DNA of 64,000 nt from Azolla caroliniana (taxonomy: Eukaryota; Plantae; Polypodiophyta): the NCBI GenBank assembly GCA_043228905.1, contig JBHGNT010000011.1, positions 3,162,001 through 3,226,000 on the forward strand. Reading direction: 5' to 3'. The notes beneath the pieces are model-generated. The model was not told the origin of the DNA. It was given only the letters and a program-made list of their open reading frames with translations, and ran no database searches. The position numbers and the translations under genes are program-made. Positions 23,801 to 33,870 of the stretch are shown piece after piece (position 1 is the first letter of the stretch; each line of letters starts with the position of its first letter).

Positions 23801-24743
23801 GCAGGCTCCCCGGCAATGGTACCGGAAGTTCGACTCCTTCATGACCGACGAAGGGTACCACAAAACGCAGTCTGACCACTGCGTGTTTGTGAAGAAGTTC
23901 GAAGGAGGAGACTCTCTAATACTCCTCTTGTACGTGGACGACATGTTGATCGTCGGACGGGACCAGGTCAAGATACGGATGCTGAAGAAGGCTCTTCACC
24001 GAACCTTCTCAATGAAGGACTTGGGTCCGGCGAGACAAATACTAGGGATGCACATCATCCGGGACCGGAGCAAGAAGCAGTTGTGGCTGTCACAGGAGAA
24101 GTACGTGACAAAGGTGCTTCAACGGTTCAACATGTCGGAAGCAAGACCGGTCGGATCAACCCTCCCGGCAAACTGCAAGCTGTCCAGCAAGCAAAGCCCC
24201 AGGACAAAGGCTGAGAAAGAGGACATGATGAAAGTACCATATGCCTCTGTTGTCGGAAGCTTGATGTACGCAATGGTGTGTACAAGACCAGACATTGGAT
24301 ACGCAGTCGGAGTGGTGAGCCGGTACATGAGCAATCCCGGCAAAGAGCATTGGAACGCGGTCAAGTGGATACTCCGATACCTGAAGGGCACGGCAAACGT
24401 GTGCCTCCGATTCGGCTCCGGTAAGCCTGAACTCGACGGCTTCACCGATTCGGATATGTCGGCTGATGCAGATACCAGCCGGTCCACATCAGGGTATGTG
24501 ATGACCTATGCAGGGGGAGCCGTTTCGTGGCAGTCGAGGCTGCAGAAGACGGTTGCGTTGTCAACCACGGAGGCGGAGTACATGGCAGCTGTTGAAGCCG
24601 GCAAGGAAATAATATGGATGAAGGATTTCATTAGAGAGCTCGGTATCCAGCAGGAGGAGTACCGACTCTACTGCGACAGTCAGAGTGCCATCCACCTTGC
24701 GAAGAACGCGGCTTATCACTCCCGGACGAAGCACATCCAGTGA
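20832..24743 (+). CDS. Copia B gag-pol polyprotein; the frame continues 54 codons past the TGA to 24908
   Basis: Uninterrupted ORF with all Copia domains. Confidence 0.95.
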   Translation: MEGGGSGPPGMMVLNAQNYADWKIKMEDLLIVRDLYEPIDRSEIPKGVLETEWRLLNRKAVATIRQYVDVSVLQHVANDTNAYEMWRKLSGLYERKNALNRTSLMRKIVNLKYRDGESMVEHVSTFMGFVNQLAAIKFPLEDAMQAIILMCTLPESWENLVVTLSTSCTEDNLSLQTVKTSILNEEARRRDKEPVSDSKALLTESDRGRQWHRSPQRREKSGTRSQSRGRPTCFHCGKPGHFRKNCRHYRKDNGADDTDSKKSPERNGAYRGATDRRGPDRRGQDQKGTTALAASEEEIMLITEERELNLAGVEMTWVVDSGALFHLTPEKKYFSSYTAGEHGCVRMGNEGTCRIAGIGDVWLLTSTRCKMLLKDVRHVPEVRLNLISAGRLDDEGYTGSIRNGVMKFSKGSLIVARARKVNTLYLMNSRLCPEELNVAADTAGELWHKRLCHMSEKGMKRLAEDNLIPVKHVHLEKCTDCLAGKQNRTSFHSRPPTRRSAPLELVHTDVCQVETKSHGGAQYFVTFIDDHSRKLWTAPLKTKDQVLSVFKELHARVERESGKKLKAIRADNGGEYRGQFQEYCRSKGIRLEFTVPKTPELNGLAERMNRTIMERVRSMLAHAKLPKGFWAEAMSTATYVINRSPSVPLDGDTPQRVWTGREVSYRHLKVFGCLAYVHVAKDRRGKLDPKTRPCIFLGYGDDEFGYRVWDPVDKKIFRSRDIIFMEDKTLADWESEKKMKSSKSTGEDQLYEEQSRPARDRLALEDPAEDGEETEPAEEDENDTGTGPDPEMDSDEEEESEEPVTEAPERRYPLRERRAPRRFPEPEHVLLTDEGEPESFEEAKHDTQSRRWSSAMQDEMDSLHENHTYELVELPKGKRALRNKWVFKLKPGDAGNPPRYKARIVVKGFQQKKGVDFDEIFAPVVKMTSIRTVLSIAASMDLEVEQMDVKTAFLHGDLDEEIYMQQPEGFEKKGKEHLVCRLKKSLYGLKQAPRQWYRKFDSFMTDEGYHKTQSDHCVFVKKFEGGDSLILLLYVDDMLIVGRDQVKIRMLKKALHRTFSMKDLGPARQILGMHIIRDRSKKQLWLSQEKYVTKVLQRFNMSEARPVGSTLPANCKLSSKQSPRTKAEKEDMMKVPYASVVGSLMYAMVCTRPDIGYAVGVVSRYMSNPGKEHWNAVKWILRYLKGTANVCLRFGSGKPELDGFTDSDMSADADTSRSTSGYVMTYAGGAVSWQSRLQKTVALSTTEAEYMAAVEAGKEIIWMKDFIRELGIQQEEYRLYCDSQSAIHLAKNAAYHSRTKHIQ

Positions 24744-26136
24744 AGATATCACTGGATCCGGGAAAGGATAGAAGACAAGGAGTTCGAGCTGACGAAGGTC
24801 CACACGGACGAGAACGGGTCAGATATGCTGACCAAGGTGCTCACACCCGACAAGCTGGAAGCATGCCGGAAGAGGATCGGACTGGAGAGACATCCCATGC
24901 CGAAGTGAAGGGGGAGTTTGTTGGGATTTCGGTCCCTCCGGATGGGATGTCCGGAGATGAATGACGGCAAGCCCGGTTGCGGTTACGGAGCCGGATGATG
25001 AAGACCCCGGTTACGGAACCGGATGATGAAGACCCCGGTTACGGAGCCGGATGATGAAGACCCCGGTTACGGAACCGGATGATGAAGACCCCGGTTACGG
25101 AACCGGATGATGAATGTACCCGGAGAGAGATCCGGATGCGGAGACATATTTGTGAATATGTTTGCCAAGAGCCCTTGAGGCTATATTTGTAAATAGCCCG
25201 AAAGTCATATGTGTATAAATATGACTTAGGGCAAACAGTTTTATGTTGTTGCTTATTTTTCATGAGAAGCGAGAGCAGCCGAGAGAGAGAGTGAGAGACG
25301 AAGAGGTCGTTGCCTCTGTGTATTACCGCCGCCTGTGGCGAAGACAGTGAGCTCAAGGTTGTTGCCTTGTAGCTTCACCAGTGTACATCCCTGTTCATAG
25401 TGATAGTTGGAGTTTGAGGACTCCCGTGGTTTTTCCCATTTAGGGTTTTCCACGTAAAACATCCAGTGTACCTTTCTCTCTATTGTTTTGTGCATTTTCT
25501 ATTTCCTGTTTTCTGTGAGTTGATCCCATTCCTCGGTTGTGGCCGAGCACTGTTTTTCAACAGAAGACCCCGGTTACGGAGCCGGATGACGAATGTACCC
25601 AGAGAGAGATCCGGATGCGGAGACATATTTGTGAATATGTTTGCCAAGAGCCCTTGAGGCTATAGTTGTAAATAGCCCGAAAGTCATATGTGTATAAATA
25701 TGACTTAGGGCAAACAGTTAAGTTGTTGTTGCTCATTTTCTGTTTTCCACTAAGAGGGAGCGAAGTGAGAGCAGCCGAGAGAGAGTGAGAGAGAAGGAGG
25801 AAGGAAGAGGTCGACGCCTCTGTGTAATACCGCCGCCTGTGGCGAGGACAGCGAGCTCAAGGTCGTCGCCTTGCAGCTCGCCATTGTACATTCCCGCGTA
25901 TAGTGATAGTTGGAGTCTTGCACTCCCGTGTTTTTTTTCCCTTTCCCATTTAGGGTTTTCCACGTAAAACATCCAGTGTGCCCTTCTCTCTATTGTTTTT
26001 CGTGCATTGTTGTATTTCCCGTTTTCTGTGAATCAATCCTGTTCCTCGGTTGTGGCCGAGCACGGAATTTCGACATTTTGTGAGACTATTAGTTACTTTG
26101 TGAGTGTGAATATGTTGGTGTTTTCTGATGTTGCAG

Positions 26137-27152
26137 AGTCTAAAGGGTTTGATTCTATTGCTCGTAAGGCCAATGGCAGTGTGGATACTGTTGATGTTGC
26201 GGCATGTTTAAAGGGCCCCATCTTGAAAGTAGATGTAGCAACTGACACAAGTGATCTGGTCACACAAGTTGATCAAGCATGTAGCACGGATGACTTGGTG
26301 TTGCAGGTAGATGCAGCATGTAGCACGGATGACTTGGTGTTGCAGGTAGATGCAGCATGTGATACCAGTGGACTGATATCGAGCAGAACAGTAACTACAT
26401 GCACTGAGGTAATCCAAGGATTGATAACTAAGTCGACAAAACAAGAGCACCAGAATGTGAAGCTAGGCCCAACACAGTCGACTAGGGGTTTAAAGAGGAA
26501 AAGGACACCAGTTGTGTCAGCCGAACCTGAGCTGATTGAGATTGATCGTATCCTACCAGAAAATGGTGTAACAGCGGCTCAGTTTCAGGAATGGAAACCT
26601 AAACCACTAGAAGTCGAAAGAAGAGCCTTGATCTTGGAGCTGGATAAAGTCTTGATGAGTGTGAGATATATGCAGCCAAGGAGGGACGCAAATCAGTTTC
26701 TAGAGTGGGCTGTGGAGTACTTTGATTTGTTTATTTGGAGTGAAAAACCAAAATCAGATGTGTGGAAGTGTTTGGCAAGATTCTTCCCAAAATGGCGAAG
26801 TCGTTTTAAAGGTCAATGGGCACGAGAAAATTGTGAGCAGATGGAAGCTGCAAGATTCAAGAGACTTTCTGATTTTTGGGCTACTTGGCCTGAATATAAT
26901 GCTGACAATACATTGATTTTGGATACAGAACATTTCCAACACTACGTCAATATTCGGAGATGCTGTCTCATTCTACCCGAGGAAATGCCTGAACAGTACC
27001 TGGTGCAAACAGTGAGCTGCCAACTAGGTGCATGGTTGTGGACTCCATACCGAGCTCAATATGCGGATAATATATGTAGACTCGTTCCACTGACTAGCAA
27101 GAGCTTAGCTGTTTATAGGAGATTTGTAGACATTTCCAATGGTAATTTATAA
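26137..27152 (+). CDS. Terminal exon encoding D-x-A-(C/T)-x-T repeats, a basic NLS-like motif and an FCP1/NIF (HAD-superfamily, CTD-phosphatase-like) domain with degenerate catalytic motifs
   Basis: ALILELDKVL..PRRDANQFLEWAVEYFDLFIWS..FKRLSDFW..YNADNTLILDT follows the NIF pattern (LVLDLD/N, RP..FL, IWS, K.L, NTLLLDD). Splice acceptor TTTTCTGATGTTGCAG ends at 26136, phase 1. Confidence 0.7.
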
Positions 27153-27297
27153 ATATGTAAAGAGATGACATTATTCAATGAAGAATTTAATTACTTGTTC
27201 CCACTGTACTTATCTACTGTGTAATTTGAGGAATATGTTGCAGATTGTTGATTTCATTCTATTGATGACTATTTAGCTATTGACAGCTAATTAGCTG

Positions 27298-27810
27298 CAT
27301 TTGTACAGCTAATTAGCTGCATTTGTACAGCTAATTAGCTACTGATGACTATTTCGCTATAACTTATAACTTAAAACTTAACAAAAAAGACATGATTTTA
27401 TTGAGAAAGAAGCACAGAAAGCAGACTGTATACAAGAAATTGATTCCAAACGAATTTATTGATCTGTTTTCGCGAAATACATGTTTGTTTTACAAGAGAA
27501 CATGGTAAGTGCTACTTGTAGCTACAAATTCCATGGCATACTATTGTAAATACATTTGTACAGCTAATTAGCTGCATTTGTACAGCTAATTAGCTACTGA
27601 TGACTATTTCGCTATAACTTATAACTTAAAACTTAACAAAAAAGACATGATTTTATTGAGAAAGAAGCACAGAAAGCAGACTGTATACAAGAAATTGATT
27701 CCAAACGAATTTATTGATCTGTTTTCGCGAAATACATGTTTGTTTTACAAGAGAACATGGTAAGTGCTACTTGTAGCTACAAATTCCATGGCATACTATT
27801 GTAAATACAT
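27298..27810. repeat. 255-bp tandem duplication in the convergent 3' region, including the last transposase codons
   Basis: 27361 AACTTATAAC recurs at 27616; the two copies look identical. Confidence 0.9.
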
Positions 27811-30800
27811 TCATACACATTAGCACCAACAGTGTATAAACCGGAGCAGCTATTGTATTCTGACATTGGGACGTTGATGCATCTGACCAAATGAGAGTAC
27901 ATATACGCCGCTGGTTTGTCTTCTAACAGCCTGTACACATATTCGTAGTCATCTAGTTTTGCATAAAAAATGCCTTCGATGTAGAATGTCCCGGCAGATA
28001 CAAAATTTCCCCATGCATCTACAATATTCTGCCTTGCACATTGTTTACTAACCGTGCACTTTAATATATAGAAATCAGCACCCTCTGAATTGCCTTCTTC
28101 AGCATTTACAGCGAAGTTATCCCCAACGTTCAGGACATCACTCAAAGTATCTCCAAGTCCCTCATATGTGAAGTCAGCATTCTGCCCTGTTTCTCCATCA
28201 ACTGCTTCCTTATCATTCAGAGTGTGATACTCCCAATTCTGAATGTATGCTTTGTTTAGACAATATCTCCAATTTCCCTGCACACAATGGAAGCAAAAAC
28301 AAGTCAATTCTCTAACCGCAATACAATGACCATCCAACCTGGAATAACCGCGAACAACATGCAGAGATCGCAATTCGGGAATTCCTTGGCACTCCCAGGT
28401 CTTCTCCCTATTTACTTCATCTATCTTCACTTCCCAAAATTCACGTTTGATATCTCGAACTTGCGAGGAATAAACACCTGTGGCACTCGTCGACATATTT
28501 GTTCTTAAAAATTCAACTACATGTGATGCACAATTCATGTGCACACCATCTGTCTTTAGTTGTTCATGGGTAAGTGCCCGCTTTATAACAGCCCCTGCAC
28601 CATCATGTTCACCTTTACCATGGCCAGACCCAAAAAAATTCCATCTCATCTCCAAACCTGTTATAGCAGGATACCTCCCCACAAAATAAAATGGACGTCG
28701 AGCCTTGAATTGTGACGCAGCTCCGTCAGACCAGACCCAATGTTGAGTAAGCTCCAAACGTTGAGCTAATAACCACTGCCAATGTAACTTAAAACAGTGT
28801 TGGACGAACAAGGTATCATGCTTCTTATCATCGGAAATAAAGAAATGAATTACTTTTTTAACATCACCTGAAACTCGAAAATATGTTATGTGCACAAAAA
28901 TGGTTACCTGAACTGAACACCAATGCATAGATTGAATTTCATTCTGCTGCTTGAAAGTATAATTCTCTGCGAAATCTACTACTGAGACTACTACATCATT
29001 TGGGAAATCAGATATGCAAGTCTTAAACTGATGGGCCTGCCATGAATAAATGAAGTTGTGTTTAATGAACTTTCCTAGAGATACTACAAACAGAGACACC
29101 AAATCCCTTGGTTTAAGCATCTTCCGAACTAGATCCTTTCTTTTACACACCTTTCCTTCGAAATTGGTGTTCACTGACTCAAATAACTTCACAGAGATCA
29201 ATATTTCACTACTCAATTCATTTGGACACCACCTAAATCTAGTAGGGCCACAATCTTGACATAAACCCATGACGCATTTATGAATATGGAAGATAGCGTC
29301 AGATTCTCTCGGACACAATATTGAATCTAATAAATAACTCATGGAAGAGATAACGTGCTCAGATGATTTACACTCCTCTTGCGGGCTTGATCGACAGATT
29401 GGGCACCCACATGTGCAAACTGTATTAGTTAGGGATGCGCTATGGTGACGTAGTAGATTAACAGAGTCCTTCAGAAAACCCATCTGTACATGGTAAATGC
29501 AACAACATGTGTATCGATCCTTTAAGCGTCTCACAAAGTGTAGCTTAAGAGACTCGAATGTTCGTAGTTGAACTTTGATAGTTGGATGCATTCGTTTGAA
29601 CCTAATAAATAAATCGACCTGCGTAATAAAGGGGAATTAGTTATTCTCGTAACTAGCTAACTATCCTAGTAGCTAGTTAGCTATTCTAGTAGCTAATTAG
29701 CTATCATGGTAGCTAATTAGCTGTCCTAGTAGCTAATTGGTTGTCCTAGTAGCTAATTAGCTATCATGGTAGCTAATTAGCTGTCGTAGTAGCTAATTAG
29801 CTATCATGGTAGCTAATTAGCTATTCTAGTAGCTAATTAGCTATTCTAGTAGCTAATTAGCTATCATGGTAGCTAATTAGCTGTCCTAGTAGCTAATTAG
29901 TTGTCCTAGTAGCTAATTAGCTATCATGGTAGTTAATTAGCTGCTCTAGTAGCTAATTAGCTATCATGGTGGCTAATTAGCTTTCCTAGTAACTAATTAG
30001 CTATCATGGTAGCTAATTAGCTTGTCTAGTAGCTAATTAGCTATCATGGTGGCTAATTAGCTTTCCTAGTAACTAATTAGCTATCATGGTAGCTAATTAG
30101 CTGGTCTAGTAGCTAATTAGCTATCGTGGTAGCTAATTAGCTGGTCTAGTAGCTAATTAGCTATAATGGTGGCTGATTAGCTTTCCTAGTAACTAATTAG
30201 CTATCATGGTAGCTAATTAGCTGGTATAGTAGCTAATTAGCTATCATGGTAGCTAATTAGCTATCACGGTGGCTAATTAGCTGTCCTAGTAACTAATTAG
30301 CTATCATGGTAGCTAATTAGCTGGTCTAGTAGCTAATTAGCTATAATGGTGGCTAATTAGCTATCCTAACTAATTAGCTATCATGGTAGTAGCTATTGAG
30401 AGTAGCCAGTTACCTACGTAGTAGCTATCATAGTAGCTAATTAGCTATCATGGTAGCTAATTAGCTTTCCTAGTAGCTAATTAGCTGGTAATAACGAAAT
30501 AGCTAACTAGCTACCATGATAGCTAACTAGCTAGCAGTACAGCTAATTATCTGGTAGTACCTAAATTAGCTATTGAGAATAGCTAATTAGCTATCATGGT
30601 AGTAACTATTGAGAGTAGCTAGTTACCTATGTAGTAGCGATCCTAGTAGCTAACTGAGGTAAATGTAACTGATAAGCTAATTAGCTTTTCTGCTAACTGA
30701 GCTAATTAACTTTCCGAGTAGAGTCAAAACAAATGTTGAGATAAATGTAAATACCTGAGGTACATCAAGAAGATGAATGGGATGCTCCTCGTATTGATTT

Positions 30801-31504
30801 CTTCCAACACGTTTCCTGCATAAATCCTTTTTATTGGGTGAAACCCTACTCTCATTAGTCCAAAACATTGTGATTACATCCTTGATTTCAAATGTTATGG
30901 GTGTCATTGGCTTACATCTTGTAGTTAGCTTTAGTAGACTAGTTCCTTCACCCGAGGAAATTATACGGTTCATTGTATTGTACACTGTTTTTCTACTAAC
31001 ACCAATTACCTTAGATAGCTCACTGATGTTTATATCGTCAACATCACTATTAAGTAACATCATTAGACTAGACCTTTTTAAGACAAGATCATCTTCTGAC
31101 CTGCTCATGGATACGAAACTATTACGAAGATTATTTACTAAAATAGATGATATGTTTGCATTAAGACCATCACAATCAACTAAGTCCTTTATCGATGGAT
31201 CATTACATATTCCATAAAGTACTACCTTCTTTTCTTCATTGCTGATGTGCTTGGTTTGAACATTGAAATAGTCTACAACCTTTCTCTCTATGATGGTAGT
31301 CGCATTACTTACATTCTCAGCTAAACTATCCTTACCTTTACTGAGTGTGGCTTTCGTATCCTTCAACAATTGACGATGTTTCCTTTTTTTTTCTGCCCAA
31401 TAGTTTCGTATGGCTTGTTGTGTCCTGATAACATCATCCCTATCCTTATGATCATTGAGGGGTAATTCTAAACACCCTTCTTCCCCTTCCATTTGGCTAG
31501 ACAT
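27777..31504 (-). CDS. Sola2-type DDD transposase, two exons (31504-30755, 29618-27777), 863 aa, apparently intact
   Basis: Motifs VDFAENY..QNEIQSMHW, ISDDKKHD, WSDGAASQFK, WNFFGSGHGKGEHDGAG. The phase-0 intron CAG|GTATTT...TTACGCAG|GTC joins ORF 30677..31504 to ORF 27777..29591 without stops. Confidence 0.87.
29650..30686. repeat. Second TAGCTAATTAGCT palindrome array (about 20-bp period) filling the transposase intron 29619-30754
   Basis: Regular alternation of units such as AGCTAATTAGCTATCATGGT and AGCTAATTAGCTGTCCTAGT. Confidence 0.95.
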
Positions 31505-31837
31505 GTTAAAACCCTAAATTTCCAGAAAAAAAAACAAGTATTAAAGATGGCTATGGGCAACAACAATACACAAAAATATTCCACACAATACACAAGATTA
31601 GACACAACAATACACAAGATAATCAATAGACAGAAAAGTTATTGCAATCCAAGACCGAACAGTAGAGGATTTCACTCTGTTGGATCCAACAGTTGAGGAG
31701 GCGATCCAAGACCGACCAATGGCAACAACTGAGTGTAGAATGTTGCCGTTGGATGAGTGAACTCCGTCAAATCGAAATGTGGAAGCAATCCGGGACTAGA
31801 CAGTAGTGGCAACTGAGTATAGAATGATGGCAATGGA

Positions 31838-32572
31838 GGAGAGAACCCCGTCAGATTGAACAGTTACCGATGATGCTTGAAACGCACATAGAAGGCACTT
31901 GAGAATAGAGTGGCATAGAGAAGAGAACCCCGTCAGATTGAACAGTTACCAATGATGCTTGAAACGCACAGTAGCGGCCCCTGAGTGAGAGTGGAAAAGA
32001 GAAGAGAACCCCGTCAGATTGAACAGTTACCAATGATGCTTGAAACGCACAGTAGCGGCCCCTGAGTGAGAGTGGAAAAGAGAAGAGAACCCCGTCAGAT
32101 TGAACAGCTCTTTGATGATGCTTGGAACGCACAGCAGCGGCCCCTAAGTGTAGAGTGGCACAGAGAAGAGAACCCCCTCAGATTGAACAGCTCTTTGATG
32201 ATGCTTGGAACGCACAGTAATGGCCCCTAAGTGTAGAGTGGCACAGAGAAGAGAACCCCCTCAGATTGAACAGCTCTTTGATGATGCTTGGAACGCACAG
32301 TAATGGCCCCTGAGTGTAGAGTGGCACAGAGAAGAGAACCCCCTCAGATTGAACAGCTCTTTGATGATGCTTGGAACGCACAGTAATGGCCCCTGAGTGT
32401 AGAGTGGCACAGAGAAGAGAACCCCGTCAGATTGAACAGCTCTTTGATGATGCTTGGAATGCACAGTAGTGGCCCCTGAGTGTAGAGTGTCACAGAGAAG
32501 AGAACCCCGTCAGATTGAGCAGCTCTTTGATGATGCTTGGAACGCACAGTAGCGGCCCCTCAGTGTAGAGTG
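31838..32572. repeat. About 83-bp minisatellite (about 9 copies) upstream of the transposase start
   Basis: Unit AGAGAAGAGAACCCCGTCAGATTGAACAG...GCCCCTGAGTGTAGAGTGGCAC; repeated ORFs are offset by 83 bp (32178, 32261, 32344). Confidence 0.95.
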
Positions 32573-32902
32573 GCGGCAGGTGGACTCGATAGGGTTTAGC
32601 AACAGTGGTAGCAACTAACCCACAGTACTCAACTAGAGATGGCCTACGTGATGTGGCAAAGGATCATGCATAATGGACCTAGGAATTCGATATATAATTT
32701 ATGGTACACATTTATGGTGCACACATCAATTTATGTTGCACATTTATGGCACTCATTTACATATGTAATTAAAACACTCTAGTATTTTCAATGGTAGTTT
32801 TTTGCATACTTAATTTATTAATGATGGCTTTTTACTAAAATGACTATTTATCAATGGTAGCTTTTTGCATAGCTAATTAGCTATGTCAAGGACATAGCTA
32901 AT

Positions 32903-32927
32903 TGTTTCCACTCGCATGCTTTCACCC
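32903..32927 (-). repeat. Right terminal inverted repeat of the Sola2-type element
   Basis: TGTTTCCACTCGCATGCTTTCACCC, preceded by TAGCTAATTAGCTA at 32870-32883. Confidence 0.95.
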
Positions 32928-32931
32928 GGGT

Positions 32932-33870
32932 TGGATTTTGTTGGTCCATTCAAACCACCAGCAATGACAACCGGCAACCGGTACGTGATTGTCGCTACGG
33001 ATTATTGCACCAAATGGGTGGAAGCCAAAGCACTACGCGACAACACCGCGGGATCCACGACAAAATTTTTATATGAATACATCTGGTGCCGGTATGGATG
33101 TCCGATAGAGCTAATAAGTGACCAAGGTGGGCACTTCTTAGGGCAAGTAGTGGAAATTTTGACGACATTCTATGCGGTGGTGCATAAACGGAGCACTCCC
33201 TATTATCCGCAAGCCAACGGATTAGCCGAGTCAACAAATAAAACACTACAGAACATCCTTCGAAAAATCGTCAATGAGAACCGGATGGATTGGGATACAA
33301 AGCTACACAGTGCATTCTGGGCCCAATCGAACGGCATATAAGACAAGTATTCGCACAACACCGTTTCACCTAGCATTCGGATTGGAAGCAGTGATGGCGG
33401 TCGAGTTCTAGGTACCGAGTTTACGAATACAGATTTGGGAATGCCTAAATGAGAAGGAATCGGAAGCGATCCGGTTAGCCGCGCTATGCGAATTGGAAGA
33501 ACACCGGCTAGCCAGCATCATGCACCTAGAACTAGAGTAGCGGCAAAGGAAAGCGTTCGTTGATCGTCACTGAAAAGGGAACGAAAAGGTGTTCGAAATC
33601 GGTAAGCCGATACTAGTATTCCAGACCCAGATGGGTAAGATACCGGGGAAGCTACGGTTTCGGTGGACCGGACCATACTGGATCACGCATGAGTTCAATG
33701 GTTCTTACCAGTTAGGGACACTTGCCGGCGAGGTTCTGGGTAAATGGGTCAATGGGTTCCGACTCAAACCATACAATGGACCCATGCCAAGAAACCCATT
33801 TGAACAAGTAAAGGCCGACACAAAACCGGACACCGGTAAGTCGGAAGAGACGGCAACACGTTTAGCAATC
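32932..33870 (+). pseudogene. Gypsy G integrase core and C-terminus
   Basis: LDFVGP, TDYCTKWVEA, LISDQG, YYPQANGLAE and GKLRFRWTGPY motifs; stops present. Confidence 0.93.

Larger units (their letters stand above)
15281..25562 (+). mobile_element. Copia 'B' tandem (LTR-internal-[A LTR stub]-LTR-internal-LTR) inserted in the 3' LTR of A
   Basis: 644-bp LTRs at 15281-15924, 20157-20800 and 24919-25562; TSD GAAGA at 15276-15280 and 25563-25567; repeat period 4876 bp. Confidence 0.95.
10374..26075 (+). mobile_element. Ty1/Copia element 'A' with its 3' LTR split by element B
   Basis: 5' LTR 10374-11051 (TG..CA); 3' LTR = 15167-15280 + 25568-26075; TSD TTTTG at 10369-10373 and 26076-26080; PPT AAGGGGGAG just before 15167. 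Confidence 0.95.
5886..32927 (-). mobile_element. Large Sola2-type DNA transposon (about 11.3 kb without the nested Copia cluster)
   Basis: TIRs GGGTAAAAGCATGCGAGTGGAAACA (5886-5910) and TGTTTCCACTCGCATGCTTTCACCC (32903-32927), 24/25 match. TSD GGGT at 5882-5885 and 32928-32931; removing the element restores integrase KWGLDFVGP. GRG termini, 4-bp TSD and transposase motifs fit Sola2. Confidence 0.85.

Noticed and set aside
11136-24970. Numerous antisense and alternate-frame ORFs over the Copia copies
   Set aside because: Shadows of GC-rich gag-pol, repeated only because the element is repeated; no recognisable domains.
15281-25562. Tandem copies as a pure assembly artefact
   Set aside because: The middle copy has private changes (TAG at 17696, A at 19241) and a clean B-to-A switch. 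This is not fully excluded without long reads.
26007-26136. ORF-track start of the 381-aa protein
   Set aside because: The start lies inside the Copia A LTR; read-through is fortuitous. Coding similarity begins after the splice acceptor at 26136.
27777-31504. Classification of the transposase element as CACTA, hAT, Mutator or Harbinger
   Set aside because: Termini are GGG..CCC with a 4-bp TSD (not CACTA/3 bp, 8 bp, 9 bp or TWA), and the catalytic motifs differ.
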